A DNA stretch of 64,000 nucleotides, taken from contig CM022665.1 of assembly GCA_012295275.1 (NCBI GenBank), positions 23,746,001 to 23,810,000 on the forward strand. The letters run 5' to 3'. Shown here in pieces: positions 1 through 14,419 of the stretch (its first letter is position 1; each line of letters opens with the position of its first letter). Below the pieces are notes generated by a model that was given only the letters and a program-made list of their open reading frames with translations, was not told the origin of the DNA and made no database searches. The DNA is from Chrysomallon squamiferum (Eukaryota; Animalia; Mollusca). Position numbers and translations under genes: made by a program.

Positions 1-2842
1 TAATATTGAAATGATAATACATATTTCAAAGATCCTGTAAAGGTTTGTATTTATTGTTAGTAATTGCTTTTGACTTCTAAATGCAGTTTTAGTCGATCAG
101 CCGCGCGGTTCTCTGGTATACTGGCCTAATGTAATGAAAGTGGTGAAATTAGCGTCAAATTTTTATGGGTTTAATCTTGAATAAGATTCAACATTAGTTT
201 GAGACTCTGAAACTACACTAAAACCATGCAGACTGAGCCAACAGCACACTATGCCCTAGACTGAGGTCAGTGCGTTGAAAATGCAGTTCAGCTTTTAGTT
301 TATTACAGTATGTGCTTCTCAGATGAAATCTATGATAGGGGTAAAAGAAAAAATATTTACATGTGTGTTGTTTCTAGCTAGTTTGACTGTCTGAGATCAT
401 GATCCGCGATGAGCCATACGGACCCTGTTACACAAGTGTCCTCCATAAAGATGATGATAAAGATAACCTATCAAACTGTATTGTGATCGAGACCAATAAC
501 GGCTTTATAAACATCAACAACTGTGAAGATTTGGGTGACAGGGCCAAATATCTTAAAAATAGCTATTCGGTTCCCAGTCTCCCCTATCTAGATTGAATTT
601 TTCACACCAAAATGAGAAGAAAATTCATTCGGTGGTAAGTTCTACTCACAATGATTGGACAATGGTTATTAATCGTACCACCTAAAATGTCAACCTTTTT
701 TGTTTGTTTGTGGCTTTTTGTGTGTGTGTTGTTGTGTTTTTTTTTTTTTTTTTTTTTATCTTTGTTTTTGTGTGGGGCCTTTTTATTTTTATTTATTTAT
801 TTTTTTTTTTTTTTTTTGAGACACATCTTTCAAGCAGACGGGTTCTTTTGGGAAGTGTTTCCAAAAACATAAGATCAGGGTCATAATTTTTCGTATGGTC
901 GAACAGAATGTAATTCGAAATCAAAATGCTTACTTGTTTGGTTAAACATTGTTCTTCAGTATAACTGGAGATATTTTCAGTTCGTTTCACTTATACAGAT
1001 CCGTATTACGCTTGAAGCAGGTTTTACTGAGTAAAACATTAAAATGCCTGTCGTTTATATTCAGTTGTTTCTTGTAAAATCCGCACTTAGTTTAATTACA
1101 AGTATATGATTTCGCGGGGGACACTAAATTGTGTTTCATCCTTATTTACTGCCGAACGGAACCAACACTATGGAAGCCAGAACATGATTTATTTTCGCGC
1201 ATTAAACAGATCATGACATTTGTCAGCGTCCGTGACCGAAAGTGAAATCAGTCATCGAAGCGCGGGAAACAGAAACTAATCAACTTAGACGACAACCATT
1301 TGATCCCTTATTGTTGTACGAGGAATATGCGAAGGTTATATCTCTCGTTGAAAGAGAGAATCCATTAAAACCCACCAGAATGGAAATCTTGACATTGTTC
1401 AGAAAACGAAATTAAAATGCTTTCATATTATCATGAAAGATGTTGGTTTATTGGTGGGGGTTTTAAAATTTAATACATGGTCAAGGATCTGTTTTGAGTT
1501 GCTGGGTAAAGTACTGGACTTAAACTGGTTCGAGTCATATGCTGAATTAAGATTTGTCGCAGTATCTATTCCCCTTGGTGTTCCCGTCCAGCAATTTTCT
1601 GTTCCAGCCTGTGCTCTGCGATTGGATTATGTAAATCTGTAGTGTTTGTTTTTCTGTTAGTGGGAAGGTTCGTTTAAAGTTTCGTGACGGTAAACTGATG
1701 AACCTAGCCAACGAAGTGGAGGTAGCATGAATCCTTTCATGTTATTATTAAACCAAAAAAAAAAATGTAATTTATATTAGATTTCAAATAACTGTTAATT
1801 AGAAGACCATCTATATCAATGTTTTCTTGATGAAACATAAACATAGTTTTTATTAACATTTCCCCCAAAACAGGTTTTTATCAATGTTGATAGATATATA
1901 TTCCCCTAAAGCACGTTTTTATCGGTGTGAATATCTATATATATTTACACTGATAAAAACGTGCTCTGGGGGTAAAAAAAAAAGTTAATAAAAAGTGTGT
2001 TTTACCTTTAGGTATTCTTAGTAATAATTAGAAACTAATCCTCACCAGACAGACAGATTTATACGGAAGTAGAATAACGCAGCGGTGTCTGTGAAATGTA
2101 GGTCTAGTTTTTTTTTTTTTTTTTTTTTTTTTTCTCTAATTAAATTAGATTCACGTTTATTGTATACTTGATGGAATTATTATTATTATTTTGATCATTA
2201 TTTATTTTCATTTTTTTTATTATTATTATTATTATTACTATTTTTTTTTTTTCTTTCTTTTATCTTTTAATGACATATAAATAACTCATCGTCCGTCATC
2301 TGTTACATAGAATCTCCATGTTAGAGTATTTTGTTATTTACATTCAGTTTCAAAAATCTATTTTCCTAAAACATTGGATATTCTTCGATGTGTTTATTTG
2401 TGTTTCATTTAGTTATGTTTATTTTATTTTATTATTATGTTTATTATTTTTAAAATTTAAAAAAATTAAATTATTTATTTATTTATTTTCATGACTAGCA
2501 CATTCTCCCTCTCAATTTGAATATTTTGATATCTTTATTACAGATAACCAGTGATATTACAGGCAGAAGCGAACAGCCTAAATATTTTCTATATAGATTC
2601 TTGCATAAATTTCCTTTGTTTCTACACTTACTAATAAGGTATGATAGTTAAAATAACAAACCTGGGATGAGCTATGTAAACTGCTAATTTTGTTGAGATC
2701 GCTTCGTTTTTGAAAAAATATAAATCAGTAAGAAGGCGTATGCTCAGTCTTCTGGAACTTTTTCTTTGACTGTTAATACCGTTTACAAATGGACATAGAA
2801 TTAAATATAAAATCCAACCATTAATAATAATAATAATAATTA

Positions 2843-2885
<43 letters not shown>

Positions 2886-5627
2886 GTTATTATTATTATT
2901 ATTTTTAAAATTTAAAAACATTTTAAATATAAAAACAAATATGAAATAGAAAAAAATCAAACACAATTAATATGCAACTTTAACTTGGTTGCTTTTATTT
3001 TAACAATGGCCATGAACAGTATTGAAAATTATATACATTTTACATCCAAGCCAAGCAGCAGGTTAAAAGGAATGCATGAATATTAGTTTAACAACACAAC
3101 ACATTCTATTGTTAATGGTTATTGTATTATGATATGAGAGATAAAATCTGATGCTGCCACCTACAGTGTTTTAAGCTACCAGTAGGAAGAAATCTTTAAT
3201 TCAATATCATTCGTTTTTTGCTCTGGGAAAGAAAAAAAACCCCAGAATTTACCATTATTATTGTTATCATAATCATCATCAAACTGCAGTCAAGAATCTT
3301 TTACATGAACCTTCCCATTCACTTCATGCATCATTTTATGAATCTGAATCAGGTTAAGTAGCTAGTGCAGTCTTCACCAGAAGAATGTCTTTAAGGATTT
3401 CTTACTTCATCATTTTAATATTAACAGTTACTTGAAATCTAACATAAATCTAACATAAAAAGGAAATGCAAGAGAATACAGAGCTCTGATTGGAGCACAA
3501 ATCAGTTGAATTGGAACATCACGGAGAATAGAAACTGCAACAAATCATGCTTCAACATAGCACTCCATGCAGTTCCAGTCTGAAATTTTATCCATGACTT
3601 CAAAAGCCAGATTCATGAGTGAAAATAGAAATGTTCTGTGATATTCTGCAAACCTTTTAATATCTTTTTGACCAACCTGGTGAATTTATGAAGATTGTTT
3701 CTTTTGACATTAAAAAAGTATCATCAAAACTTAGTTATTATCAGCACAAATTTCAAATGTTGTTGGGCAAAAATATTTAGTTTGTTTACAGGTGTAACTA
3801 ACCCTGCTAGAGCTATTTATACAGCACCTGTAGGTAATGAAGAACTGGAGATAAAAATGAATAGGTCAACAGTATCTATAAAATCTTGAATTTTTTGTTA
3901 CTGCTATCCAGTATGGTAAATCTTTTTATTAATGCAGTGTCTTGTAGTTATATTTTAACAGCTTCTTTTTCACTTGAGCAAAGAACGTAACATACTGTAT
4001 AGGAATGTTTTATTTCTATTTAATACAACAAGTTAACAAGAAGTATATTAAATTCAGTTAATTTATAAAATTTATTTAAGGGAACATGTACCTTCTTTTA
4101 TTATTTTGTACACAACTTTCTAATATCACAATTTTGTAGCAATAACATGAAACAGTTATTTAAGAAATCAAAAATAACAGTGGTATCAAAATACATTTGC
4201 ACTAAACATGGTAAAATTACACTTAACAAAGATATAAAAGTTCTCCACTAAACAATAGCAAACTGCTTATTGTATTTCATAATATAAATTATATTAATGA
4301 ATCAAATACTTCCCTTACAAAAAAATTGTTTTTATTTTCCTTTCTGTATAATACAGTCATGAAATCATCAACAGATTTCTGAAAAATGCAGATCTACTAT
4401 TACAAATTTTGATACACACAATTTAAGAACACTGTGTAGTGAACAAAGAAGAGAACAGCACATGTTTAATGCCACAAAGAAAACATTTAAAGGCTTACAT
4501 CAGTGTAATATTGGTTGCTATCAAAGGTGCCCATTCACCGACTGGACTGAAAATACTTTATTGGTTGAATACAAACAGTTTAAATAAAATTTATAACTGC
4601 AACCTCAAATCTTCCTATATATTTTGACACAAAATAAATATTTATTCTTTATCATATGATACTGCTGCTCACAAATCTGAGCATTGTTATGATAATTAAT
4701 GAGGTCATTTGTTCACATCTAGTGTGCTGACGAAGGATGCAGAAAATAAGTCTGAATTTTAATTTAAACATCAAAAAATATTAACATTTTTCACCCATCA
4801 TTTTCAAGTGTTTTTATGAATTGTTTTAATCGTGTTTTAATAAGTCCAGTTTATCTGCTAATACAAACTTATTATCCCATTTACTATTATGAAGTTATAA
4901 AATAGCTTCTGTCTTAAACAATATATTACAAAACTGCAGAATATTAATTTTATTTTGTTACTTTAAGGTAATTTAGGTTTTAAAAAAATACGCAAACTAC
5001 ATCCAAGACAATGATATTAGATAACAGTATGACATAAGCAAATTTATCAAAATGTTAGTAACTGTGTATATACTAGATATCAAATATTAATAAAATACAA
5101 TTAGCTCTACCCTCAATATCGTAAGATATCATATTCTGATTCAGAAGTCCAAACATACATCTGTAACATAAATCAGCTAGCAATTTTTAAAATATTAATA
5201 TTTTAAGTAATGATGAATGAAAGACAGATCCCCCAAAAAACGTTTTTACCATTATTTTAGAAAAATATTATACAAAAGGCTCAATTTGCAATAAAAATAA
5301 AGTAATAATAATATTTACAATTAAAATATAAAAATCTTTTAAGAATCTTTTCTCTGAACATTACTGAAATTACAGATAAAAACAAAAAACATGATTCTGA
5401 AAATCAACATTAAAACAAAAACATTAAGAAAAATTTGCATAAAAGGGACTCTCTATATATTTGTCATCACACCCCAGAACTTTCTTAACTAAATCGAACA
5501 ACTCTTAAAATCAATTATGGCACTATAAATTAACTTAAATATTTTACATTAGTGGTGTTACTGATACAGGTAACTAATAAAAAATGTAGAGATTATAATT
5601 AAAAATTTGATCTGGACGAGTGGTGTC

Positions 5628-6164
5628 TCAGCCAACAACAGCAGATGTACACATTGTATTTAGCCCACACACCCCAGCTCCTCGATACACCCGATAGTAG
5701 CCCTGAAAATAGAATAAAAACAGCAAGTTAAAAAAAAAAAAAAAAACATGATATTATCAGTAGTCCATAAATTGGTATAGAAAAATATAGTAAAAACAAA
5801 AAAGAAGAAGAAAATTACCACTTTATTAGATGAAGTATAGAAAAATATGGTAAAAATAAATTACACTTTACTAGATCATGTATTCAGATTATAACAGTTC
5901 ACAAATAGGTCTAGAAAAATACAGCACAGCATGTGTGTATACTTCATATTTCTGGCTGTCCTGTGATTTATTTATTTAGAATGAAATCCATTTCATCTAG
6001 CAGTTCTCTCCCTTTTCTGAGATACTATTTTAATTTTAAATACTGGTATTTCTTTCTTTTTTTGTAATCAAATAATATATAAATATAACATATGCACATA
6101 CATGTACAGCCTTTGAACATTCTATATTAAAAATGTAAGGAAAATACAAAAAAAAAAAAAATAA

Positions 6165-6204
<40 letters not shown>

Positions 6205-6621
6205 CATTAGGAACACTGTTTCTCACACATCCACACACACAAAGTACTAAAACCAGTTACCAAATAATCAAATAAACAGCAAATGGAATTATTATTCATT
6301 TTTAACATTAAGGCAGTTACTTTAAAACAAAAATATCCAAAATAAAATGCTTCTTATTTAAAATGAAACTGTTAAATAAAACATTAACACTTCAAAGATC
6401 TTTCCAAAGCACAACGTTTTTGTACTGCACTCACCTTTTCACCCCAGCTTTCTCCCCAACTGTTCTTGATTATCCAATAGGGCTCATTTCCTTCTAAAAT
6501 TAATAAAAAATGTAATTTGTTATCACTATTCAGAGTATTTAACCAGATAAATATACACATTTGGTTAACAATACAGAATTCAACAGTAATGAGAAAAAAC
6601 AGTGAACTAAGTCATACACTC

Positions 6622-6693
<72 letters not shown>

Positions 6694-6722
6694 TCTCTCA
6701 CACACACACCCACACCCACACA

Positions 6723-6756
<34 letters not shown>

Positions 6757-9700
6757 TGCACATAGATTTTATGTTTTTTATTTTATGGTAAAATATGAAA
6801 TTAGCTGTAAATTGTATCATTTGATTATCTTTCAAATATTTTCAAATGAAATAAAAATAAATAAAAAAAACAACAAAAACATCTTACCAACACCATATCC
6901 AACAATAAGAACTCCATGATCCAAATGCCTAGGGTTGCAGAAAATTTTCCAGGGATACGAAATTCCTCCCATGTAGAACTGTTAAAGGTACAAATATTTT
7001 GCATAAATGATATTAAAAAATAACAGAAAAAACCCAACAAGAAAACAAATGCCAAATGACTATCTACCACCCCAAAAACAAAACAAGAAATTATATAAAA
7101 AATAGTAGTCAATATATAGTTTTAAAAAGGACAAGAAAATTAATAAAATAACATTGATATTAAAAAAATAAAATAAAATGTTCTCTTAAATAACATTTAA
7201 TTTACTTTAAAAATAAAAATCAATAAAAAAATCCAACCTATCCACATTACTAATTTGTAAAGAATACATACCTGCATTGCATTAGCATTAATGCCAATGG
7301 AAATTGGACCATTCTTAACCAGCCAGGCAGCCATATCTGAAAGAAAAATCATTTAATGTCTCATTTTTTATTATTTAATTCACTTTTTAATGTCAAATGT
7401 ATTTTGGAACTCAAATTTTGCATATTAAAACATCAGTATTTAAGCAGTGTGAAAAATAATAATTTTTTGTTGTCGTTATTAACAGCTTGAACGAAAATAA
7501 AGTTGAGTAATAACTAAGTTCAAAAAGTGTATAATATTATAATACCACATTTATCAGGTAAACTTTATAAACTGAAAATGTAGATTTTAATTTACAAACT
7601 ATTTTTTATACTGCATATTAATGTATTAACTAAAAACATAATTATCATTGCTGAATCACATTTAAATTAACAAAAAACGAAACCAGCTTCTGAGAAAAAA
7701 AAAAAAAAAAAAAAAAAACAAGTATAGACACAAATAAGATTATTTCTGATTAAACAGAGCATCACAAAACATTTTAACCAAGCAAACTAAAACAGTATTT
7801 TACCTTTCTCATTGCTGGAGATATTTAGGGCTCCATTGATCTTCACGACAACTTTGGTCCTGTTGAAAGTACACTTCTCATCCTCTCCCTCGTAGCTGTA
7901 GGCCTTCTCAGACTCCAGTCCTCCTACAAACAGTGAACACATGTACGTCACTTCTCTCAGATTTTAATTAAAATACCACCAACTGACTGGCCTAGCAAAC
8001 ACACAAAAAATCAATAAACAAATAAATAAATAAATAATAAAATAAAATAAAATAAAATAATAATAATGGAATGCTGAAATGAGAAATTAACTGCAGACTT
8101 CTTAATCAAGAGCCATTCTGAGTTTTTGTGATGTGGACTGCGAAGATACAAGATGATGATTTTACTACAGAATTAAATAGACAAGATCTTTTTTGAAAGA
8201 CAAATAGCAATGAAAAATTACATACATCTGGATAGATTATCAAATAATAATGTGATAATCAGAATATCTGCCAAACACTCTCACATAATCTTGTTAATCA
8301 AAACAACTTAATAACCATTTCTAAAATAAATTGTCATCACATTTTCCTTTTTGATATCTTTTTATTTTTTGTTATTTTGTAGACAGAATTTATTTCTTTT
8401 TATAATCATTTCATTGTACAAAACAATTAAATAGGTAAATATAACAATTAAACAAACATGGATAAATGAATAATCTCACTTTCACATAAAATACTTCAGC
8501 CCACCAGCAATTCATAAAAAATAACTATATATAACAATTCATAACAAACACAGCAAAAGATATAATTGTGTATACATAACACACACAGATAAATATTTTA
8601 CAAAATACTTTTTAATTTCAGTGCCTGTTCACAAAGACATAACTGTGTATACATAACAATTCAAACATAAATGGATAAATGTTTTGTAAAATACTTTTTA
8701 ACTACAATGACTATTCACACTGATTTATATTTATTAAACTCTGTATGCTATTTAAAAGAGCTCACTGAGTGTTATGAAAAAAGAAACATTTACAAGTTGT
8801 GAGGTTTTGTGATTTTTCACCTAATTTCATGATGGCTTTGTAAGCATTGGACGGCAGTCCTCCACCACATCCTTCATCCAACTTGTCACAGTCAACAAGC
8901 TCTGAAACAACAAAATAAATTTAAATCTTTACAAAATCTATGAAATTTAATTCTGGCGCATAGTGATACATTGAATCGTAAAGCCTGGTTGGAGGATATT
9001 TTTAGTAAAAGATTTTATATATATATATATAAAATCTGAATGCTGTCTACTTCGGCTTCCAGGTGTAAATTCCAGAACAAAAGAACAAGTTGTATAGTAA
9101 ATAGCATTGACCACAACTGCACACAATTTTGCAAGTACAATCGCTTTATAATTTGGACATAATAAGGCAGCTGTGTCAGATAAAATGATCACTCTTCTTT
9201 GAATGCTTAATAAACAATGATGTCATGTTTCCTGTAATTACTATATGCATCTAGATGAACAAGATTATTTTTTAGTGTGTATTGATACATTTATTCATTC
9301 ATTTAGTTCTGCATGTTTTGTGTTGTCTTATGGAATTCATTATAATGGCAGAGCGACCTAAAAAAATGCAACATATCGAATATTCAATACAGTCCAAAGT
9401 GAATTATTAGAAAATATTTTAATATGTGTAAACAGAAAGATTTATCCAATTTAAAACACAGTGACAAAACCAATACTTCAGCAGACAGAAAATGAGTAAC
9501 GAATGACAAATTCCAAAATCTGAATGGATTGACATTCCACACAAATTCTTGTACATTAACATTAAATTAAAACAAATTAAATCTTTTGCAGACTTTTGTA
9601 ACAGATGCTGAATATGGAGGCCATGACAGAAAAGTCTGCTTTGGAGAGAAACATGAAAAGAGTCATCAGTGACAGACTATTTCTCAGCTGACACTTGATA

Positions 9701-9845
9701 GACATTTAACATTTGTAATAAAACATATTCCAATTTCATGTCATTTTAATCTTGTTAATCTAGCACTCTGTCTGAAACAGCTTATTTTGTTGGTCCCAAG
9801 TGAATCCACATTTTACAGAGTCCACTGTATCTATATCTATCTATC

Positions 9846-9877
<32 letters not shown>

Positions 9878-12800
9878 TCATGTGTATGTGTGTGTGTATA
9901 AATATACACATATATGTGTATATTCATATTATATGTATATATATGTATACATATGTATGTATCAGTGGTCTCCCCAGCATTTGTGAAAGGGATGGCGGGT
10001 ATTGGTGTTACAGGTGCAAGTTAAACAAAGGGTTGGTACAGAAAATGTTCAGGGTACAAGTACTTTGAACAATGTTCAAATTACTTGTTTGTCAAAAATA
10101 CTCCTTTAAATAATAATACTTTGACAAATTATTCCTACTGAAGTTAAGTGTGGACTGTGGTGAATAAAATTTAGGGATAAAGAATTTTCAGATCAGTGAT
10201 AAATAAAATAAATAAATAAATAAATAAAATAACTTAACTTCTGCTTCATCAACATAAGTAAAAGCTTTTTTTTTTTTTTACAACATAAATAAACAATAGA
10301 TAACAATTTGCAGTTAAAATGTTTAATGATTCTGTTCAAAATATGGCAGTGTATTATCTTTTAGTGCTGTTTGTTATATTTTTTTTAAGTATTACTTTTT
10401 ATGGTTATGATTAATTTGCTAAATATGTATCTCTTAAATATTTTTTTTTTAAATGATATTCATCGTGTTTTAGAAACAGAAACTGAAACATAATATACAG
10501 ACTAAACTTTAATTAAAATTCAAAAAAAACTAGGAAGCAAATTAAACCAACACAAAATTTTAACAAGCTATAATAATATTCTTTTTCTGTATAATGACCA
10601 CTTCGTGATACATTATGCAACACATTGAGTGTTATCGAGTAACCTTTAGAGAAACCTCTAACAGATGTACAGTAACACTAGATAACTTATCTTCCTGTGA
10701 CCATGAGTCACCAAGCACATTACAGAATAATCAAATTTCTCCCTCTACAGTTTATTTATTCAGGTCAGCTAAAGAAAAACATACGTAGAAACATATGTTA
10801 AAAAACCACAAAAATAACAAAACAACCCAGATAAAGTAATAAAATAACAAACATGATAAAAAAAATAAAAAAATAAAATACTGAATGAATGAATAAATGA
10901 ATGGATGAATGAATATTTATTAACACACACACAAAACTAAAACATTAACCCATTTACCAACAACTATCAATGAAAACAATCTACTTTAATTACATAAAAA
11001 AGGACATGAAACAAAGATATAAAAATATTTTTATTCAATTTGTTTTATATCCAAGTAGATTCATTTTAAAATGTCTATCAGATATTTTTTGAAATACTGA
11101 AATCAGCAACAGCAGCAGCAGAAAACGAAATCAATTTTAAATTATAATATGCAAATTAAAAATACAGTGTCCTTATAGTTTTCTGTTTAATCCACATTAG
11201 TTCATTCATTCATTCATTGTTATACTTCCCATTCCAACAATGCTCAAATGTGTATCAAAGATATTTTTATTCTAATTAGTAAAAAGAGCCCAGATTACAA
11301 AAAAAAGCCCATTTTCATCTCTAGCAGTATAATGATTAAAAAAAACTACATTGTTTTCTTCAGTCTCACAAATGCAAGTACATAAATGTATTTTACCTTG
11401 TTCTGAGAGTGACAACAGTTTGTCTTTTTGTATCGCCCACTGACCCTCAATGTTGCCAGTTGTAGAGAATGCCCAACATGATCCACAACTACCCTACAAA
11501 AAATAATAACATTAACATAAAATATATAACTAGAATAGATTCATTACCAATATTTATTCAACCATTAAGGGCTTTTTTTTTTTTTTCCTGAATTAGTTTT
11601 AAAGATATTTTTGTTGAATAATGAAATACCACCATATTAGGGTTTTTTCAGGTGTGTGGAGTTGTTTTTGAAATTATTTTTTTTGTTTTGGTTATTTATT
11701 TAACTTATTTTTTTTTTATTTTTTTTTTTGCTTTGGGAAAGAGTCTTTTTGTGATGTTTCTTTTGGATGCAGTATACAGTAGGTTATGATAATTAACTAA
11801 CCTGGTTTTTAACAGGTGTCACTGCATTATGATCTCTCCAATCAAAGGCTTTTGGTAGTTTTAAAGCTGGAATTTTTGCCGTTTTCATGATGTCCTGACC
11901 ATAATTGGTAATCTGATCCCATGGTTTGCTTTTGTAAGCTTGAAATTCCTCATCTAAGAACACACAAAGAAAATACATGACAAATAGCATGACATTAGAT
12001 GATAGGAAAACCATAACAATGATGATCATGATGGTAATAATGACAATAATAACAATGACAATCATAATAACAAAGGGAAAAAGAAGAGGTGGGGAAAAAG
12101 ACCAGCATTTATATTCATATCTTTGTTGTTGAAAACATGCCTTTCTGGCACTGCTGATAATGAGATGTTTTCATACTCCAGTTCAAAATATTTAATATTT
12201 GAACAGCATGAGAACTTGCAGTTTAGGACTGATTAAGAATATAAGGAAATACATTATCATCAGTAACATTTTACCTGTAAGATCAGCAAACTTTGTAGCT
12301 CCATATACAGCAGTTCCTTGCTCAGACTCATTTAGCTTTTTAGCTTTCCTCATATTCATGCAGAAAATGAAAAACCTTGTGTCACGTTCTAGGAAAAGAA
12401 AACATATGGTGAGCTAAACGTCAAGTTCAGAATAATTTTGCAGTAGCTGAAAGTTTACTTAAACATTTGGCAGTTAACTAAATTTTAAACATTTAGTGAT
12501 ATCAATGAAAACATCATCGAAGATCAAAATAATATCTAAACAAACACTGTAATTCATGTACACTTGATTTAGCTAGAAAGAAACAAATGAAATGAAATGA
12601 ATGAATATTTATAAATAATAACTCAATTTAATATGGGTAGTTATTGGTGTTAGTAATATGGTTCTTATATAATGATGCTTAAAAGAATAAAGTCTATGGG
12701 CATACTGATTAGAAAAATGTAATTTTTTTTTTAAATGCACATTCATATAGTGATGAAAGTACATATTAGAGCCTTTGATATAATGTATTGGCTTGAACAG

Positions 12801-14359
12801 GATATGGGTTATAGGTGCACTAAGAAATGATCCTGCAACCATTTGCATGAAGAGAATGCATGATTAAATTATAAAAAAATGTTAATTATCTGTCAAATTT
12901 AAAAAACAGCATTAGCAGTAGTAGTAAAAGTACCAGTGGTAACAGGAGTAATAGTAACAGTAATAGTAGTAGTAATAGTAAAAACAGCAGTAGAAATAGT
13001 GGTAGTAATAGCAGCAGCAGCAGTAGTAGTAACAGTAACAGTAATAACAGTAATAGTAGTAGTAGTAGTAGTTGTCATTGTAGTAGTGATAGTAGTAGTA
13101 GTAGTAGCAGCAGCAACAGTAGCAAAATAACGCTGATTAAAAATACCTTTTTCAGAGTAGATTTTATTATATTTCATCTGGAAAGCTTTGAATGGTCCAA
13201 CCTGGTCATGGCAGTAGTCTGTGAGATCTCCACCCAGTGCATTCTGGGTCTCCACAGGTTGCTTACCTCCCACAAGGGGCAGAAGTGGTGGAACAATGTC
13301 AAGCAAACCAGGCAGAGGCTGATTTTTTTTCTCAACTGTACTTCTTGGTTCAGTTTCAGGCTAAAAGTTAAATATAGTGTGAATTGTTGATATAATGGCA
13401 TAAAAGCATAATAAAAGCAACTGTACTAGTGTCATGATTCCCTATCCAACAACAAACAAACAAACACAGTTTTTCTCAAAAATCATCCAACAAGCTCCTG
13501 ATCTAATGTCAGCAGCAGCAGTTAAAAAATATACATGTCTAATCTATTTAAAAATATATATTATTAAATAAATTAAAAAAAAGAAAAAAGAAAATGAAAG
13601 AAAGAAAAAAAAAAAAAAAACAGCTTGCATAAAGTTAACAATATCATGATATAGATGACATACAGAGAAATGTATTTACAACTGAAATTAAAACAGTGTG
13701 CATGGCTTGCTGTGAATGAAACAGATTCTGCAGTTATGAGATTACATGAAATAAAACATCAGTTTCAAATAAATATCAAACAAATTAAAGAATCAACATA
13801 TCATTATCATGATACTAAACTGGGCACTGAGAAGCTTTTACACTGCCAACAGTTAATTTTTTTATATATTTTTTTTTCTGCTTGTGTAAGTAGATTAGAA
13901 GATGCAGGATAGGTAGTTATCTTTTCAACTAATTAGCAATTTAAGTCTAAATCGGGCTAGTTCTCTGCTATGTTTTTTCATACTGAAAGGAAAGAATGAA
14001 GCATTCAGCAGATTTTAATCTAGTCATTTGGGATTGTACATAAAACTGGAGCCACAAAGAGAATTAAAGAGGAAGCTTGCTGCCACTATAGCGCAGTCAT
14101 GGGAAAACACAAAAGATGGCCTCTGATAAACTAGTCACTGGGCACAGGTAGAGATATGAAATTCTCCTAATGCGTGCTCCGAGTGGGACTGATGATTACA
14201 TCTAAACCCTACATCCTAACAAGTGCTACAGTCTGTCCCTCCTGTCTAGACTCTCTTGACACTGCCAAATGTCTTTGTGAAAACTGTTTTTTGATCAAAA
14301 ATGTTGTGTTTGTTTAATTATTATTAACATCATGATTATTATTGTTATTGTTATTGTTG

Positions 14360-14419
<60 letters not shown>

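Noticed and set aside
384-596. Two in-frame TGA codons flanking ORF 399-596, read as selenocysteine
   Set aside because: I recognised no selenoprotein motif or SECIS element; ordinary stops are the simpler explanation.
651-990. Phe- and Lys-rich ORFs at 651, 704 and 793
   Set aside because: They arise from poly-T and TTTA low-complexity runs and show no protein-like content.
3380-3900. Protein-like stretches on the minus strand downstream of cathepsin F
   Set aside because: Multiple stops, and no recognisable family or splice structure.
12899-13146. Poly-Thr mucin-like tail of ORF 12899-13306
   Set aside because: It is read-through of a real exon past its donor at 13146 into an intronic trinucleotide repeat.
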